A stretch of 64,000 nt of DNA from an uncultured Solirubrobacterales bacterium (GCA_963842795.1 CAWJHV010000040.1:375633-439632); one strand, 5' to 3'; counted from the stretch's first letter, positions 46,567-56,129 are shown. Translations and numbers: made by a program. The notes: generated by a model from the letters alone, not told the origin.

Positions 46567-46601
46567 CCGAAAGTCTACCGCTCCACGCTAGCGTGCCGCC
46601 G

Positions 46602-47966
46602 ATGGCGGCCGGGGGCCCAGAGCGAAGCTTCGGGCGCTCGGCGGGATTGCTCTCGGCCGGGGTCGGCGCCGCCGGCCTGCTCACCTACGTCTACTTCGCC
46701 CTCGCCTCGCACAACCTCGACTCGACCGCCTACGGCGAGGTGGTGGTGCTCTGGTCGGCGACCTTCGTCACGATCTCGGTTCTCCACCGGCCGGTCGAGC
46801 AGTTCATCTCGCGCACCGTCGCCGAGCGCCGCGAGCGCGGCCAGCCGATCGGCGCCGCGCTGGCGACCGCGGCCCGGATCCAGGCCCTGGTGGCGATCGG
46901 CTTCGCGCTTGCGGCACTCGCCCTGCGCGAGCCGCTCCAGAACGACCTGCTCTCCGGCAGCGCGACGCTCTATTGGATCTACGTCGGTGCGGTGCTCGCC
47001 TTCGCCGCCAGCTTCTTCGCCCGGGGATACCTCGCCGGCGAGGGACACTTCGGGCTGCTCGCCGGGCTGCTGACCTCGGAGTCGTTCTCGCGCATGGCGT
47101 TCTCGCTCGCTGTCGCGATCGGCGTCGCCGCCGGCCGCGACGCGATCGCAGCCGGGATCGTCGCGGCGCCGCTGTTCTCGCTCGCGGTCGTCCCGCTCGC
47201 CTTCGGGCGCCGGGCGGCGCGCACGAAGCCGGCGCCGGCCGCCCGGAGGCCGGTTGGCGAACCCGACCTCGCGCGGGGCGGGGCGTTCGCCGCCGCGGTG
47301 CTGCTGATCATGCTCAGCGAACAGATCTTCCTCAACGCCGGGCCGCTGCTGCTCCACGCGACCGACGGCGCCGCGGCCGCGGGCTTCATCTTCAACGTGC
47401 TCATGCTCGCCCGGGCGCCGCTGCTGGTCTTTCAGGGGATCGCGATCAGCCTCCTCCCCCACCTCACCCGGCTGCGCTCCCGCGGCGCCGGCGACCCCGA
47501 CGCCGGGGCGGAGTTCGAGGCCTCGGTCGGGGTCACGCTGCGAGCGATCGCCGCCTTCACCGCCGTCGTCGCGCTCGTGGTCGCAATCGCCGGCCCGGCG
47601 CTGATGCAGATCGCGTTCTCGGACCGGTTCGAGTATGACCGCGCCGGGCTGCTGATCGTGACCGCGGCGATGGGGCTCTACCTCGCCTCGACGACCCTCA
47701 ACCAGGCGGCGCTCGCCCAGGGCCAGGCGCGTCGCGCGGCCGCCCGCTGGACTGTCTGCGCGATCGGCTTCATGGCCTGGTGCCTGACCGGGGCGCTCGA
47801 TCCGGCCCGCCGGATCGAGCTCGGGTTCCTCGGCGCCGCGGCGGTGCTCTCCGTCGCCCTGTGGCGCCTCTACGGCGCCTCCGGGCGCGGCCGTCCCGAC
47901 GCCGCCCCGCTCACCGCCGCCGAGGAGCTGGAGGCGAGGCTGGCGCTGGCGGACGAAGCGAGCTAG
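46602..47966 (+). CDS. Polytopic membrane protein, polysaccharide-biosynthesis/flippase (MOP superfamily)-like
   Basis: ~12 hydrophobic segments with a central basic loop ([16 protein letters not shown]). The ATG at 46602 is preferred to the TTG at 46551, which lies inside the palindrome. Confidence 0.6.
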   Translation: MAAGGPERSFGRSAGLLSAGVGAAGLLTYVYFALASHNLDSTAYGEVVVLWSATFVTISVLHRPVEQFISRTVAERRERGQPIGAALATAARIQALVAIGFALAALALREPLQNDLLSGSATLYWIYVGAVLAFAASFFARGYLAGEGHFGLLAGLLTSESFSRMAFSLAVAIGVAAGRDAIAAGIVAAPLFSLAVVPLAFGRRAARTKPAPAARRPVGEPDLARGGAFAAAVLLIMLSEQIFLNAGPLLLHATDGAAAAGFIFNVLMLARAPLLVFQGIAISLLPHLTRLRSRGAGDPDAGAEFEASVGVTLRAIAAFTAVVALVVAIAGPALMQIAFSDRFEYDRAGLLIVTAAMGLYLASTTLNQAALAQGQARRAAARWTVCAIGFMAWCLTGALDPARRIELGFLGAAAVLSVALWRLYGASGRGRPDAAPLTAAEELEARLALADEAS

Positions 47967-48021
47967 ACCGAACCGGGGGCGCGAGCGCCGGGCGGCGGCA
48001 TCCCGGTACCGTCGGGCCGCG

Positions 48022-49878
48022 GTGTCCGACTCCGAGCTGATCCTCGTCGCCGGTCTCCTGCTCGCTGTCGGGCTCGCGGCGGCCAAGTTCGCGGACCGCG
48101 TCCGGGTGCCCGGCCTGCTGCTCTTCCTCGGCCTCGGGATGCTGATCGGCTCCGAGGGGATCGGCGGAATCGAGTTCGGCGGCGCTCAGGACGCCGAGCT
48201 GACCCGGACCCTGGGGACGATCGGCCTGGTCCTGATCCTGTTCGAGGGCGGGCTCACCGCCGGATGGCCGCAGATCCGCCCGGTGCTCGGCACGGCGGTC
48301 TCGCTGGCCACGCTCGGCACCGTGATCACCGCGGTGATCACCGGGCTGGCCGCGGTCTGGCTCTTCGACCTGAGCACGCTCGAGGGGCTGATCGTCGGCT
48401 CGGCGGTGGCCGCCACCGACAGCGCCGCGATCTTCGCCGTGCTGCGCGGCTCGCGCCTGCGCCGGCCCCTGGCGCACGCGCTCGAGGGCGAGTCGGGCAT
48501 GAACGACCCGGTCGCCCTGCTGCTCGTGACCGGGTTCATCGACTGGATCCAGATGCCGGACTACGGGATCGTCGAAATGGCCGGGACGCTCGCCGGGAAG
48601 CTGGCGATCGGGGTCGCCGGCGGGATCGCCGTCGGGTTCGCGGCGCGCTGGGTCTTCCGCAACCTCGACCTGCCCAGCCCGGGCCTCTACCCGGTGGCCT
48701 CGATCGCCACCGCCGCCCTCGCCTACGGGGTGCCCGAGCTCGCCCACGGATCGGGCTTTCTCTCGGTCTATATCGCCGCGCTGATCCTCGGCACCGGCCC
48801 CGTCCCGGCGCGCCCGACGACGATCGCCTTCCATCAGGGCCTCTCGTGGATCGCCCAGATCTCGCTGTTCGCCCTCCTCGGCCTGCTCGTCTTCCCGAGC
48901 GGGCTCGGAGACATCGCGGGCGAGGGCCTGCTGCTCTCGGCGGCGCTGATCTTCGTCGCCCGCCCGCTGGCGGCGTTCGTGGCCAGCGCCCTGTCGCCCT
49001 TCAACGCGCGAGAACGGTTGATGCTCGGCTGGGCCGGGCTGCGCGGGGCGATCCCGATCTGGCTCGCGACCTTCCCGGTGATCGCCGGGGTCGGCGGAAG
49101 CGAGCTGCTCTTCAACGCGATCTTCTTCGTCGTCGTCACCTCCACCCTGATCCAGGGCGCGACCTTCGAGCCGCTGGCCCGCCGCCTCGGCGTGACCTCG
49201 AGCGAGCCCGCGCTGCCGCCGCCGCTGATCGAGACCGGGATCATCCGCGAGCTCGGCGGCGAGTCGCTGGTCTGGCGCGTGCGCCCCGGCGACGCCGCAG
49301 CGGGCCACATGGTCAAGGAGCTCGGCCTGCCGCGCGAGGCGCTCGTGAACCTGATCGTCCGCGACGGCGAGGCGCTGCCGCCCCGGGGATCGACCGAGAT
49401 CGAGCCCGGCGACGAGCTCCACATCGTCTCTCGCCTCGGTGCCTCGGACGAGCTCGCGGAGCTCACCGGCCGCTGGCGCGACGGGCCGCTCGGCGAGCCT
49501 CCGGTCCCGGCGATGCCGTCGCGCGGCACCCAGGTGTTCTCGGTCCGCCCCTGGTCGCGTCGCGACGGCGACCCGGCGGCCCCGGCGGCGATCGAGGGCG
49601 TGCCGGTCGCCCACCACCTGCGCACCCGCCGCGACGGCGACGGAGCGCTCGTCGCCCTCGCAGACGGCCGCTACGCGGCCACCGGGGCCGACCTGCTCGC
49701 CATCGGCGGCCGGCGGCGGCTCGCCGAGTGGTGCGCCCGCCGCGTCGCCCGCCCGAGCCTCACCTCGGCCGAGCGGGCGTGGTGGCAGGAGCTGGCCGGC
49801 GCGTTGAGCGCCCCGGCGGCGCCGCCCGGGCAGGTGCCGGCCCCGCCGCGGACGCACTCCGACTCAGGAAACCGCTGA
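48022..49878 (+). CDS. Potassium/proton antiporter (CPA1, NhaP2/CvrA-like) with C-terminal TrkA-C domain and extension
   Basis: Na_H exchanger blocks (LLLFLGLGMLIGSEG, AATDSAAIF, GESGMNDP). TrkA-C-like LVNLIVRDGEALPPRGSTEIEPGDELHIV. Confidence 0.85.
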   Translation: MSDSELILVAGLLLAVGLAAAKFADRVRVPGLLLFLGLGMLIGSEGIGGIEFGGAQDAELTRTLGTIGLVLILFEGGLTAGWPQIRPVLGTAVSLATLGTVITAVITGLAAVWLFDLSTLEGLIVGSAVAATDSAAIFAVLRGSRLRRPLAHALEGESGMNDPVALLLVTGFIDWIQMPDYGIVEMAGTLAGKLAIGVAGGIAVGFAARWVFRNLDLPSPGLYPVASIATAALAYGVPELAHGSGFLSVYIAALILGTGPVPARPTTIAFHQGLSWIAQISLFALLGLLVFPSGLGDIAGEGLLLSAALIFVARPLAAFVASALSPFNARERLMLGWAGLRGAIPIWLATFPVIAGVGGSELLFNAIFFVVVTSTLIQGATFEPLARRLGVTSSEPALPPPLIETGIIRELGGESLVWRVRPGDAAAGHMVKELGLPREALVNLIVRDGEALPPRGSTEIEPGDELHIVSRLGASDELAELTGRWRDGPLGEPPVPAMPSRGTQVFSVRPWSRRDGDPAAPAAIEGVPVAHHLRTRRDGDGALVALADGRYAATGADLLAIGGRRRLAEWCARRVARPSLTSAERAWWQELAGALSAPAAPPGQVPAPPRTHSDSGNR

Positions 49879-50064
49879 TGCCCGCTCTCGGCGGCGGCAC
49901 CTAGGAGTGGGTGGGACGCTAGGGCGCTAGCGACGATTCGCGGTGCCCCGGCGCGCGGGCGAGAGACGTGGTCCTGGCTTGGCCCCCTCTCTCGTCGAAT
50001 GAGCGATTTTGGCTGTATGCGAACCAAAAGTCCGCACTCGACGCCGCCGCCCGGGGCCCGGCGC

Positions 50065-50757
50065 CTACTCTGCCCCGGCCGCCTCCGCGATCTCGCGGTA
50101 CGCGGCCGCCGGGTCGTCCGCACCGAAGATCGCCGACCCGGCCACGAACAGGGTCGCGCCGGCGTCGGCGACCAGGCCGGCGGTCTCGGCGTCGACGCCG
50201 CCGTCGACCTCGAGCAGCGCCTCGGGGAGCATCCGGGAGAGCCGCCGGAGCTTGTCCGGCGACCCGCCGATGAACCGCTGCCCGCCCCAGCCCGGGTTGA
50301 CGCTCATGCAGAGGACGAGGTCGGCGACCCCGGCGAGCTCGCTCGCCGCGCCGGTCGGGGTGCCCGGGTTGAGCGCCAGCCCGGCGAGGCAACCGGCCTC
50401 GCGGATCGCGTTCAGGGTCCGGTTCGCGTGTGCGGTGGCCTCGGCGTGGACCGTGATCGAGTCCGCGCCGGCATCGGCGAAGGCGGCGATCTGCCGCTCG
50501 GGGCGCTCGATCATCAGGTGGACGTCGATCGCCCCGCCCGCGTCGTGGACCTGGTCGGCGATCGCCCCGGCGACCAGCGGGCCGATCGTGATCGGGGGAA
50601 CGAAGTGGCCGTCCATGACGTCGACGTGGATCAGCCGCGCGCCCGCGTCGATCACCTCGGCGACCTGAGCCCCCAGGCGGGAGAAGTCCGCGGAGAGGAT
50701 CGACGGCGCGACCCGGGGGACCGAGTAGACCGCGGCTTGGGATTCGGTCGGGCTCAC
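50065..50757 (-). CDS. rpe: Ribulose-phosphate 3-epimerase
   Basis: APSILSADFSRLG...HVDVMDGHFVP...MSVNPGWGGQ. GTG start at 50757 in a GTGA overlap with the upstream mini-gene. Confidence 0.95.
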   Translation of the reverse strand: MSPTESQAAVYSVPRVAPSILSADFSRLGAQVAEVIDAGARLIHVDVMDGHFVPPITIGPLVAGAIADQVHDAGGAIDVHLMIERPERQIAAFADAGADSITVHAEATAHANRTLNAIREAGCLAGLALNPGTPTGAASELAGVADLVLCMSVNPGWGGQRFIGGSPDKLRRLSRMLPEALLEVDGGVDAETAGLVADAGATLFVAGSAIFGADDPAAAYREIAEAAGAE

Positions 50758-50981
50758 AACGGCTGCAGCATCGAGTGTCCGCATTGTTGGCAGAGCAGGT
50801 CCTCGTCGGCCGACATGCGGACCATCGTCTGGTGCTCGCCGCAGTTCGGGCAGGCCGAGACGAGCTCGAAGCGGCGCAGGCAGTAGACGCACCGGTAGCG
50901 ACCGGGGAGCTGGGTCGGGCGCAGCCACGGCTCGCCGCAGCCGGGGCACCCGGGACGGCGGATGCTGCGCTCGTCGGCCAT
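50754..50981 (-). CDS. Small double zinc-ribbon protein, 75 aa
   Basis: MADERSIRRPGCPGCGEPW...YRCVYCLRRF...CPNCGEH...CQQCGH has four CxxC pairs. TGATG overlap with the rsmB stop and GTGA overlap with the rpe start. Confidence 0.65.
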   Translation of the reverse strand: MADERSIRRPGCPGCGEPWLRPTQLPGRYRCVYCLRRFELVSACPNCGEHQTMVRMSADEDLLCQQCGHSMLQPL

Positions 50982-52363
50982 CAGCCGCGCCGCCTGAAAC
51001 GGGCGCAGAAGAAGCCGGTCGTCCGGTCGCGCTGCGGGAGCAGCTGCAGGAAGCGCGGGTCCCGGCGCGAGGCCAGCCGCCGGTGCTCGGCGCTGAGATC
51101 GTCGGGCTCGATCTCCGATACGTACCCGGCGAGCGCCGCCGCGACGCCCTCGTTCTCGGCGGACGCGATCGTGCAGGTCGAGTACACGAGCGTCCCGCCG
51201 GGCGCCAGCGCCCGCGCCGCGCGGACCAGCATCCGGCGCTGGATCGAGGCGAGTCGCTCGGGGTCGTCGGGCGACTTGCGCCAGCGCGCGTCGGGCCGGG
51301 ATGCGAGCGTGCCGAGGTCGGAGCACGGAGGGTCCAAGAGGACCCGATCGTAGCCAGCGCCGAGGTCGGCCTCGGACGCGTCGGCGACCTCGACCCGGGC
51401 GCAGCCGACCCCCGCGCGAGCGCAGAGCTCCTCGACCTCGACCGCGCGCCGCGGGTCGATCTCGAACGAGACGATCTCGCCGCGATCGGCGAGCCGGGCG
51501 GCGATCGCCGTGGTCTTGATCCCGGGCCCGGCGCAGAGGTCGAGCACGCGCTCCCCGGGCTGCGGGTCGAGCAGCGCGACGACCGCCTGCGAGCCGCGTG
51601 ACTGCGGCACCAGCTCCCCGGTCGCCACCCGGGCGCCGACCTTCTCGCCCGCCGTCGCGACGACGATCCCATCGACCGGATCGAGCAGCTCGCCCGAGCC
51701 CGGCCCGGTGACCTCGACCCCGGCCTCGCGCAGCTCCCCGGCGACCCCGGCCGGCGCCGCGCGCAGGCTGTTGACGCGGAAGGCCGCCTCGGCCGGCTCG
51801 TTCATCGCCGCCATCAACATCCGCGCCTCCGTGGCGCCGAGCTGCTTCCACCACATCCGCGCCATCCACTCCGGATAGGAGTGGGCGACCGCCGCACCGG
51901 CGGGCGTCGAGTCGTCGAGGGTGGCGAGCAGCTCCTCGCGCTCGGCGGCGGCGCGACGCAGGAGCGCGTTCACGAATCCCGAGGCGGCACGCGCCCGCCC
52001 GTGCGGCGCCCCGGCGCGCCGGATGCCCTGCTTGGCGAGCTCGACGGCCTGGTCGACCGCGGCGTGGTCGGCGGTCTGCGAGTAGAGGATCTCGTACAGG
52101 CCCAGCCTCAACGCGGCGAGCGCGGCCGCGTCGATCCGGCCGCCGCGGCGGCCGGCGAGGATCGCGACCAGGTGGTCGGAGGTGCCGCGCCGCTGCACCG
52201 AGCCGTAGGAGAGGCGCCGGGCCTGGGCAAGCTCACGTGGGTCGAGGTCGGCCCGAGCCGCCGCCGCGGTGAACGCCCGGTCGGTCCACGCTCCGTCCTC
52301 GAACGTGCGCCGGAGGATCTCGTACGCGACCCGGCGCGCGGGCGTGACCGCCGAGCTACTCAC
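50981..52363 (-). CDS. rsmB: 16S rRNA (cytosine967-C5)-methyltransferase RsmB
   Basis: NusB-like N domain. DLCAGPGIKT, DPPCSDLGT and YSTCT catalytic blocks. GTGA overlap with the fmt stop. Confidence 0.9.
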   Translation of the reverse strand: MSSSAVTPARRVAYEILRRTFEDGAWTDRAFTAAAARADLDPRELAQARRLSYGSVQRRGTSDHLVAILAGRRGGRIDAAALAALRLGLYEILYSQTADHAAVDQAVELAKQGIRRAGAPHGRARAASGFVNALLRRAAAEREELLATLDDSTPAGAAVAHSYPEWMARMWWKQLGATEARMLMAAMNEPAEAAFRVNSLRAAPAGVAGELREAGVEVTGPGSGELLDPVDGIVVATAGEKVGARVATGELVPQSRGSQAVVALLDPQPGERVLDLCAGPGIKTTAIAARLADRGEIVSFEIDPRRAVEVEELCARAGVGCARVEVADASEADLGAGYDRVLLDPPCSDLGTLASRPDARWRKSPDDPERLASIQRRMLVRAARALAPGGTLVYSTCTIASAENEGVAAALAGYVSEIEPDDLSAEHRRLASRRDPRFLQLLPQRDRTTGFFCARFRRRG

Positions 52364-53265
52364 GCTAGGCGGGGTGGCTCGTGGCCGTGCAGATACGCGC
52401 CGGCGTCCATCGGGCGCCCCGCCGGCGGGCGCACCTCGAGCAGGCGCAGGACGCCGTCGCCGCAGCCGACCCGCAGTCCGTCCGCCGTGTCGAAGGTCCC
52501 CGGCTCGAGCTCGCCGGCCTCCGCCCGCGCCCGGCTCACGCCCAGGCGCTCGCCGCCCTCGAGCTCGAGATAGGCGCCGATGTGCGGCGTGAGCGCCCGC
52601 ACCCGGCGCTCGAGCTCGATCGCCGCCAGCTTCGGATCGAGCCGGCGCTCCTCCGGCGCGATCTTCTCCGCGTAGGTGGCCGCGCCGTCGTCCTGGTCGG
52701 TGAGCTCGAGCCGCTCCCGGGCGCGCAGCTCGAGCGCGCGCGCGAGCAACCGCGCCCCGGAGCGCTCGAGGCGGCCCGAGAGCGAGCCGTAGTCGTCGTC
52801 GGCGCCGATCGACTCCGCCTCGGCGAGCGCCACCGGGCCCGAGTCGAGGCCGGCGGTCACCCGCATCACGCTCACACCCGTCTCCGGGTCGCCGGCCATG
52901 AGCGCACGCTCGATCGGGGCCGCGCCGCGCCACCGCGGCAGCAGCGACGGGTGCAGGTTGAGCAGCTCGAGCTCGGACAGCAGCGGCTCGCGCAGCAGCT
53001 GGCCGAACGCGCACACCAGCCCGAGCTCGGGCCCGCGGGCGCGGATCGCCTCCAGCGCCTCGGGCGCCTCGGTCGCCTCCGTGCGCAGGACGTCGATCCC
53101 GAGCTCCTCGGCCGCGGCCGCGGCCGGCACCGGGGTCACCCGCCGACCCCGCCCCTGCCGGCGGTCGGGCGGGGTGACCACGAGCTCGGGGCGGTGCCCC
53201 GAGGCGGCGAGCTCGCGCAGGACAGCGGCCGCGAACGCCGACGTGCCCAGGTAGACGAGCCTCAC
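52360..53265 (-). CDS. fmt: Methionyl-tRNA formyltransferase
   Basis: VRLVYLGTSAFA...NLHPSLLPRWRGAAPI. GTGA overlap with the def stop. Confidence 0.95.
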   Translation of the reverse strand: MRLVYLGTSAFAAAVLRELAASGHRPELVVTPPDRRQGRGRRVTPVPAAAAAEELGIDVLRTEATEAPEALEAIRARGPELGLVCAFGQLLREPLLSELELLNLHPSLLPRWRGAAPIERALMAGDPETGVSVMRVTAGLDSGPVALAEAESIGADDDYGSLSGRLERSGARLLARALELRARERLELTDQDDGAATYAEKIAPEERRLDPKLAAIELERRVRALTPHIGAYLELEGGERLGVSRARAEAGELEPGTFDTADGLRVGCGDGVLRLLEVRPPAGRPMDAGAYLHGHEPPRLA

Positions 53266-53927
53266 CCGTCGTCGGGCTCGGGCTCGGGCTCCGGCTCCGG
53301 CTCCGGCTCCGGGCTGTAGGTGGTGCCCTCGCGCAGTGCGCGCATCGCCGCCTTGCGCTGGGCGCGCTCGGTGCGGTCGAGGATCAGGACGCCGTCGAGA
53401 TGGTCGATCTCGTGCTGGAGCACCCGCGCCTCGAGCCCCGAGGCCTCGAGCAGCAGCGGCCGGCCGCGGACGTCGAGGCCGCGGACCCGCGCGTGCAGCG
53501 GGCGCTCGACGTCGACACCGATGCCGGGGAGGCTGAGGCAGCCCTCCTCGGCCGTCGCCAGGTCCTCGGACAGCCACTCGAGCTGCGGGTTCACGACCGC
53601 GGTCGCCTCCGCGTCGGGCCCGGCCTGGAAGACGAGCAGGCGGCGGAGGACGCCGAGTTGCGTCGCCGCGAGGCCGACGCCCATCGCGCCCCGCATGATG
53701 CCGACCATCCGCTCGGCCTCGCGGGCGAGCTCGGGGTCGAACTCGGTCACGTCCGAGGCGCGCGAGCGAAGCACCGGGTCGCCGAAGGTGCGCACCTCCG
53801 CGAGCGCCTGTGCCCGTGCCTCGCGCTCGGCGGCGGTGAGCCCGTCGCCGGCCGCGGTCTCCTCGACCTCGGACGTCGCCTCGAGCTGTGCTTCGGTGGC
53901 CTCGCTCATCGATTCGAGTTTATGCAC
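53262..53927 (-). CDS. def: Peptide deformylase with N-terminal acidic extension and C-terminal (Pro-Glu)n tail
   Basis: Motifs GVGLAATQ, EGCLS and HEIDH. An alternative start is ATG 53909. The tail is SPEPEPEPEPEPEPDDG. Confidence 0.9.
   Translation of the reverse strand: MHKLESMSEATEAQLEATSEVEETAAGDGLTAAEREARAQALAEVRTFGDPVLRSRASDVTEFDPELAREAERMVGIMRGAMGVGLAATQLGVLRRLLVFQAGPDAEATAVVNPQLEWLSEDLATAEEGCLSLPGIGVDVERPLHARVRGLDVRGRPLLLEASGLEARVLQHEIDHLDGVLILDRTERAQRKAAMRALREGTTYSPEPEPEPEPEPEPDDG
53274..53315. repeat. Hexanucleotide microsatellite (GGCTCN)x7 encoding the Def (PE)n tail
   Basis: gggctcgggctcgggctccggctccggctccggctccgggct. Confidence 0.8.
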
Positions 53928-53945
53928 CGCCCACCGCCACGCGGC

Positions 53946-56129
53946 CTACTGGGCGTCGACGTCGACCGCGATCCGCAGTTCCCGCAGCCGCCGCGCCCGC
54001 GCCTCGACCCCGATCAGCTCACGGATCGCCGCGACGGCCGGGGCGCGCTCGGGCGCCTTGACGAGCAGCTGCCGGCGCTCGAGACCCCGCCGGCGAAACC
54101 GCGGCGCCGGACCCAGCGCGGCGGCGCCGGGCGGCAGCGCCGCGTCGAGCGCCGCCCGCAGGCGCACGGCCGCCGCCTGCAGCCGATTCGGGTCGGCCCC
54201 CGCGAGCTCGATCCGGATCAGGTGCGCGAACGGCGGATAGCCGAGCTCGCGGCGCCGGGCGAGCTCGCCCGCGAGAAAGCCGGCGGCGTCGTGCTCGGCG
54301 GCGTGGCGGATCGCGGCCGCGTCCGGGGCCAGGGTCTGCACGAGCACCCGCCCCCCGGCGGCGCCGCGCCCGGCGCGGCCGGCGAGCTGGGCGACGAGGG
54401 CGAAGGTCCTCTCCTCGGCGCGGAAGTCGGGAAAACGCAGGGTGGAGTCGGCGTCGATCACCACCCCGAGCACGACCTCGGGGAAGTCATGGCCCTTGGC
54501 CACCATCTGGGTGCCGACCAGGACTCCGGCGTCGGCCTCATGGAAGCGGGCGAGGATCTCGAGGTGGCCGTCGGCGCCGGTGGCACTGTCGGCGTCGAGG
54601 CGGAAGACCGGCAGGCGCCCGGCCGCGGCGGCGATCTCGGTCTCGATCCGCTGGCTGCCGGCCCCGGCGCGCGCCAGGGTCACCGAGCCGCACTCCGGAC
54701 ATTCGGCGGGCAGCGACTCGGCGTGCCCGCAGTGGTGGCAGCGGAGATTCTCGCCCGCGCGGTGAACGACGAGCGAGACGTCGCATTGCGGGCAGTCGGC
54801 GACCCAGCCGCAGCCGCGGCAGCACAGGTGCGGCGCCCACCCGCGGCGGTTGATGAGCACGATCGCCTTGCCGCGGCGCTCGCCGACCTCGGCGAGGGCC
54901 TCGCGGGTACGGGCGTGCAGCGGCCCCGCGCGCCCGTCGCGTCCGCGCATGTCGACGACCTCGACCGCCGGCAGGGCGCGGCCGTCGACGCGCCTCGGGA
55001 GCTCGATTCGCTCCAGCGAGCTCCAGCTCTCCGGCCGCGGGGTGGCCGAGCCGAGGACGAGGGCCGCGCCCGAGTCGGCGGCGCGCTTGCGAGCGACCTC
55101 GCGCGCGTCGTAGCGCGGGTCGCCCTCCTGCTTGTAGGAACCGTCGTGCTCCTCGTCGACGACGATCAGCCCGAGGCCGGCGATCGGGGCGAAGACCGCC
55201 GATCGCGGGCCGACGCAGATCCGCGCCTCGCCGGATCGCAGCCGGTGCCACTCGTCGCGACGCTCGCCGGCGCGCAGCCGCGAGTGCAGGACCGCGACCC
55301 GGTCGCCGAAGCGGGCGACGAACCGCGAGACGGCCTGCGGCGTCATCGCGATCTCGGGCACGAGCACGATCGCCCCCCTCCCCCGCTCGAGCGCCGCCTC
55401 CGCGGCGGTGAGGTAGACCTCGGTCTTGCCCGAGCCGGTGACGCCGTGGAGCAGGAGCTCGCTTCCCTCGCCGTCCAGCGACTCCACCACCCGCGCGACC
55501 GCGGCCCGCTGGGCCGGGTCGAGCTCGACCCGGGCGGGCGGCGCGCCGATCGCCGCCGCCGCCGGCCGGCGGCGGACCTCGCGCTTGCCCAGGCGCACGA
55601 GGCCGCGGCGCTCCAGCCGGCGCAGGACATCCGTTCCGACGCCGTCGGCGGCGAGCTCGGAGGCGTCCAGGGACCGGTCGTCGGCCGCGACCAGGAGCTC
55701 GAGGGCCCGCCGCTGGACCGGCCCGAGGCGGCCGTCGGCAAGCGTCTCGGCCGCGGCCGCGGTCGCGGTCGCGACCGTCTCGGTCCGCGCGCGGGTCTGC
55801 CCGCCGGCGCCGGTGGTGCCCGGGGGGAGCACGAGCTCGAGCCCGCGGGCGGGCGTCGAGCAGTACTCGCGCGCGACCCAGAGGGCGAGGCGGACGAGCT
55901 CGTCGGGAACGCCCGCCTCCAGCGCCGCGAGCGGCTCGACCAGCCGCGCCGCCGGGATCTCGCTGCGCTCGGCCATCTCGACCACGACGCCGAGCAGCCG
56001 CTGGTGCCCGAAGGGCACCTCGAGCAGGGTGCCGACACCGACGTTGCCGAGGCGCTCCGGCAGCCGGTAGTCGTACGGCCCGCGCAGAGCGCGTGCGGTG
56101 GTCAGGGGCTCGACCCGAGCGATCGGCAT
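53946..56129 (-). CDS. priA: Primosomal protein N-prime (replication restart helicase PriA)
   Basis: 727 aa; Walker A GVTGSGKT, DEEHD, and the Cys-rich zinc insertion CRGCGWVADCPQCDVSLVVH...CHHCGH...CPECGS. Confidence 0.95.
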   Translation of the reverse strand: MPIARVEPLTTARALRGPYDYRLPERLGNVGVGTLLEVPFGHQRLLGVVVEMAERSEIPAARLVEPLAALEAGVPDELVRLALWVAREYCSTPARGLELVLPPGTTGAGGQTRARTETVATATAAAAETLADGRLGPVQRRALELLVAADDRSLDASELAADGVGTDVLRRLERRGLVRLGKREVRRRPAAAAIGAPPARVELDPAQRAAVARVVESLDGEGSELLLHGVTGSGKTEVYLTAAEAALERGRGAIVLVPEIAMTPQAVSRFVARFGDRVAVLHSRLRAGERRDEWHRLRSGEARICVGPRSAVFAPIAGLGLIVVDEEHDGSYKQEGDPRYDAREVARKRAADSGAALVLGSATPRPESWSSLERIELPRRVDGRALPAVEVVDMRGRDGRAGPLHARTREALAEVGERRGKAIVLINRRGWAPHLCCRGCGWVADCPQCDVSLVVHRAGENLRCHHCGHAESLPAECPECGSVTLARAGAGSQRIETEIAAAAGRLPVFRLDADSATGADGHLEILARFHEADAGVLVGTQMVAKGHDFPEVVLGVVIDADSTLRFPDFRAEERTFALVAQLAGRAGRGAAGGRVLVQTLAPDAAAIRHAAEHDAAGFLAGELARRRELGYPPFAHLIRIELAGADPNRLQAAAVRLRAALDAALPPGAAALGPAPRFRRRGLERRQLLVKAPERAPAVAAIRELIGVEARARRLRELRIAVDVDAQ

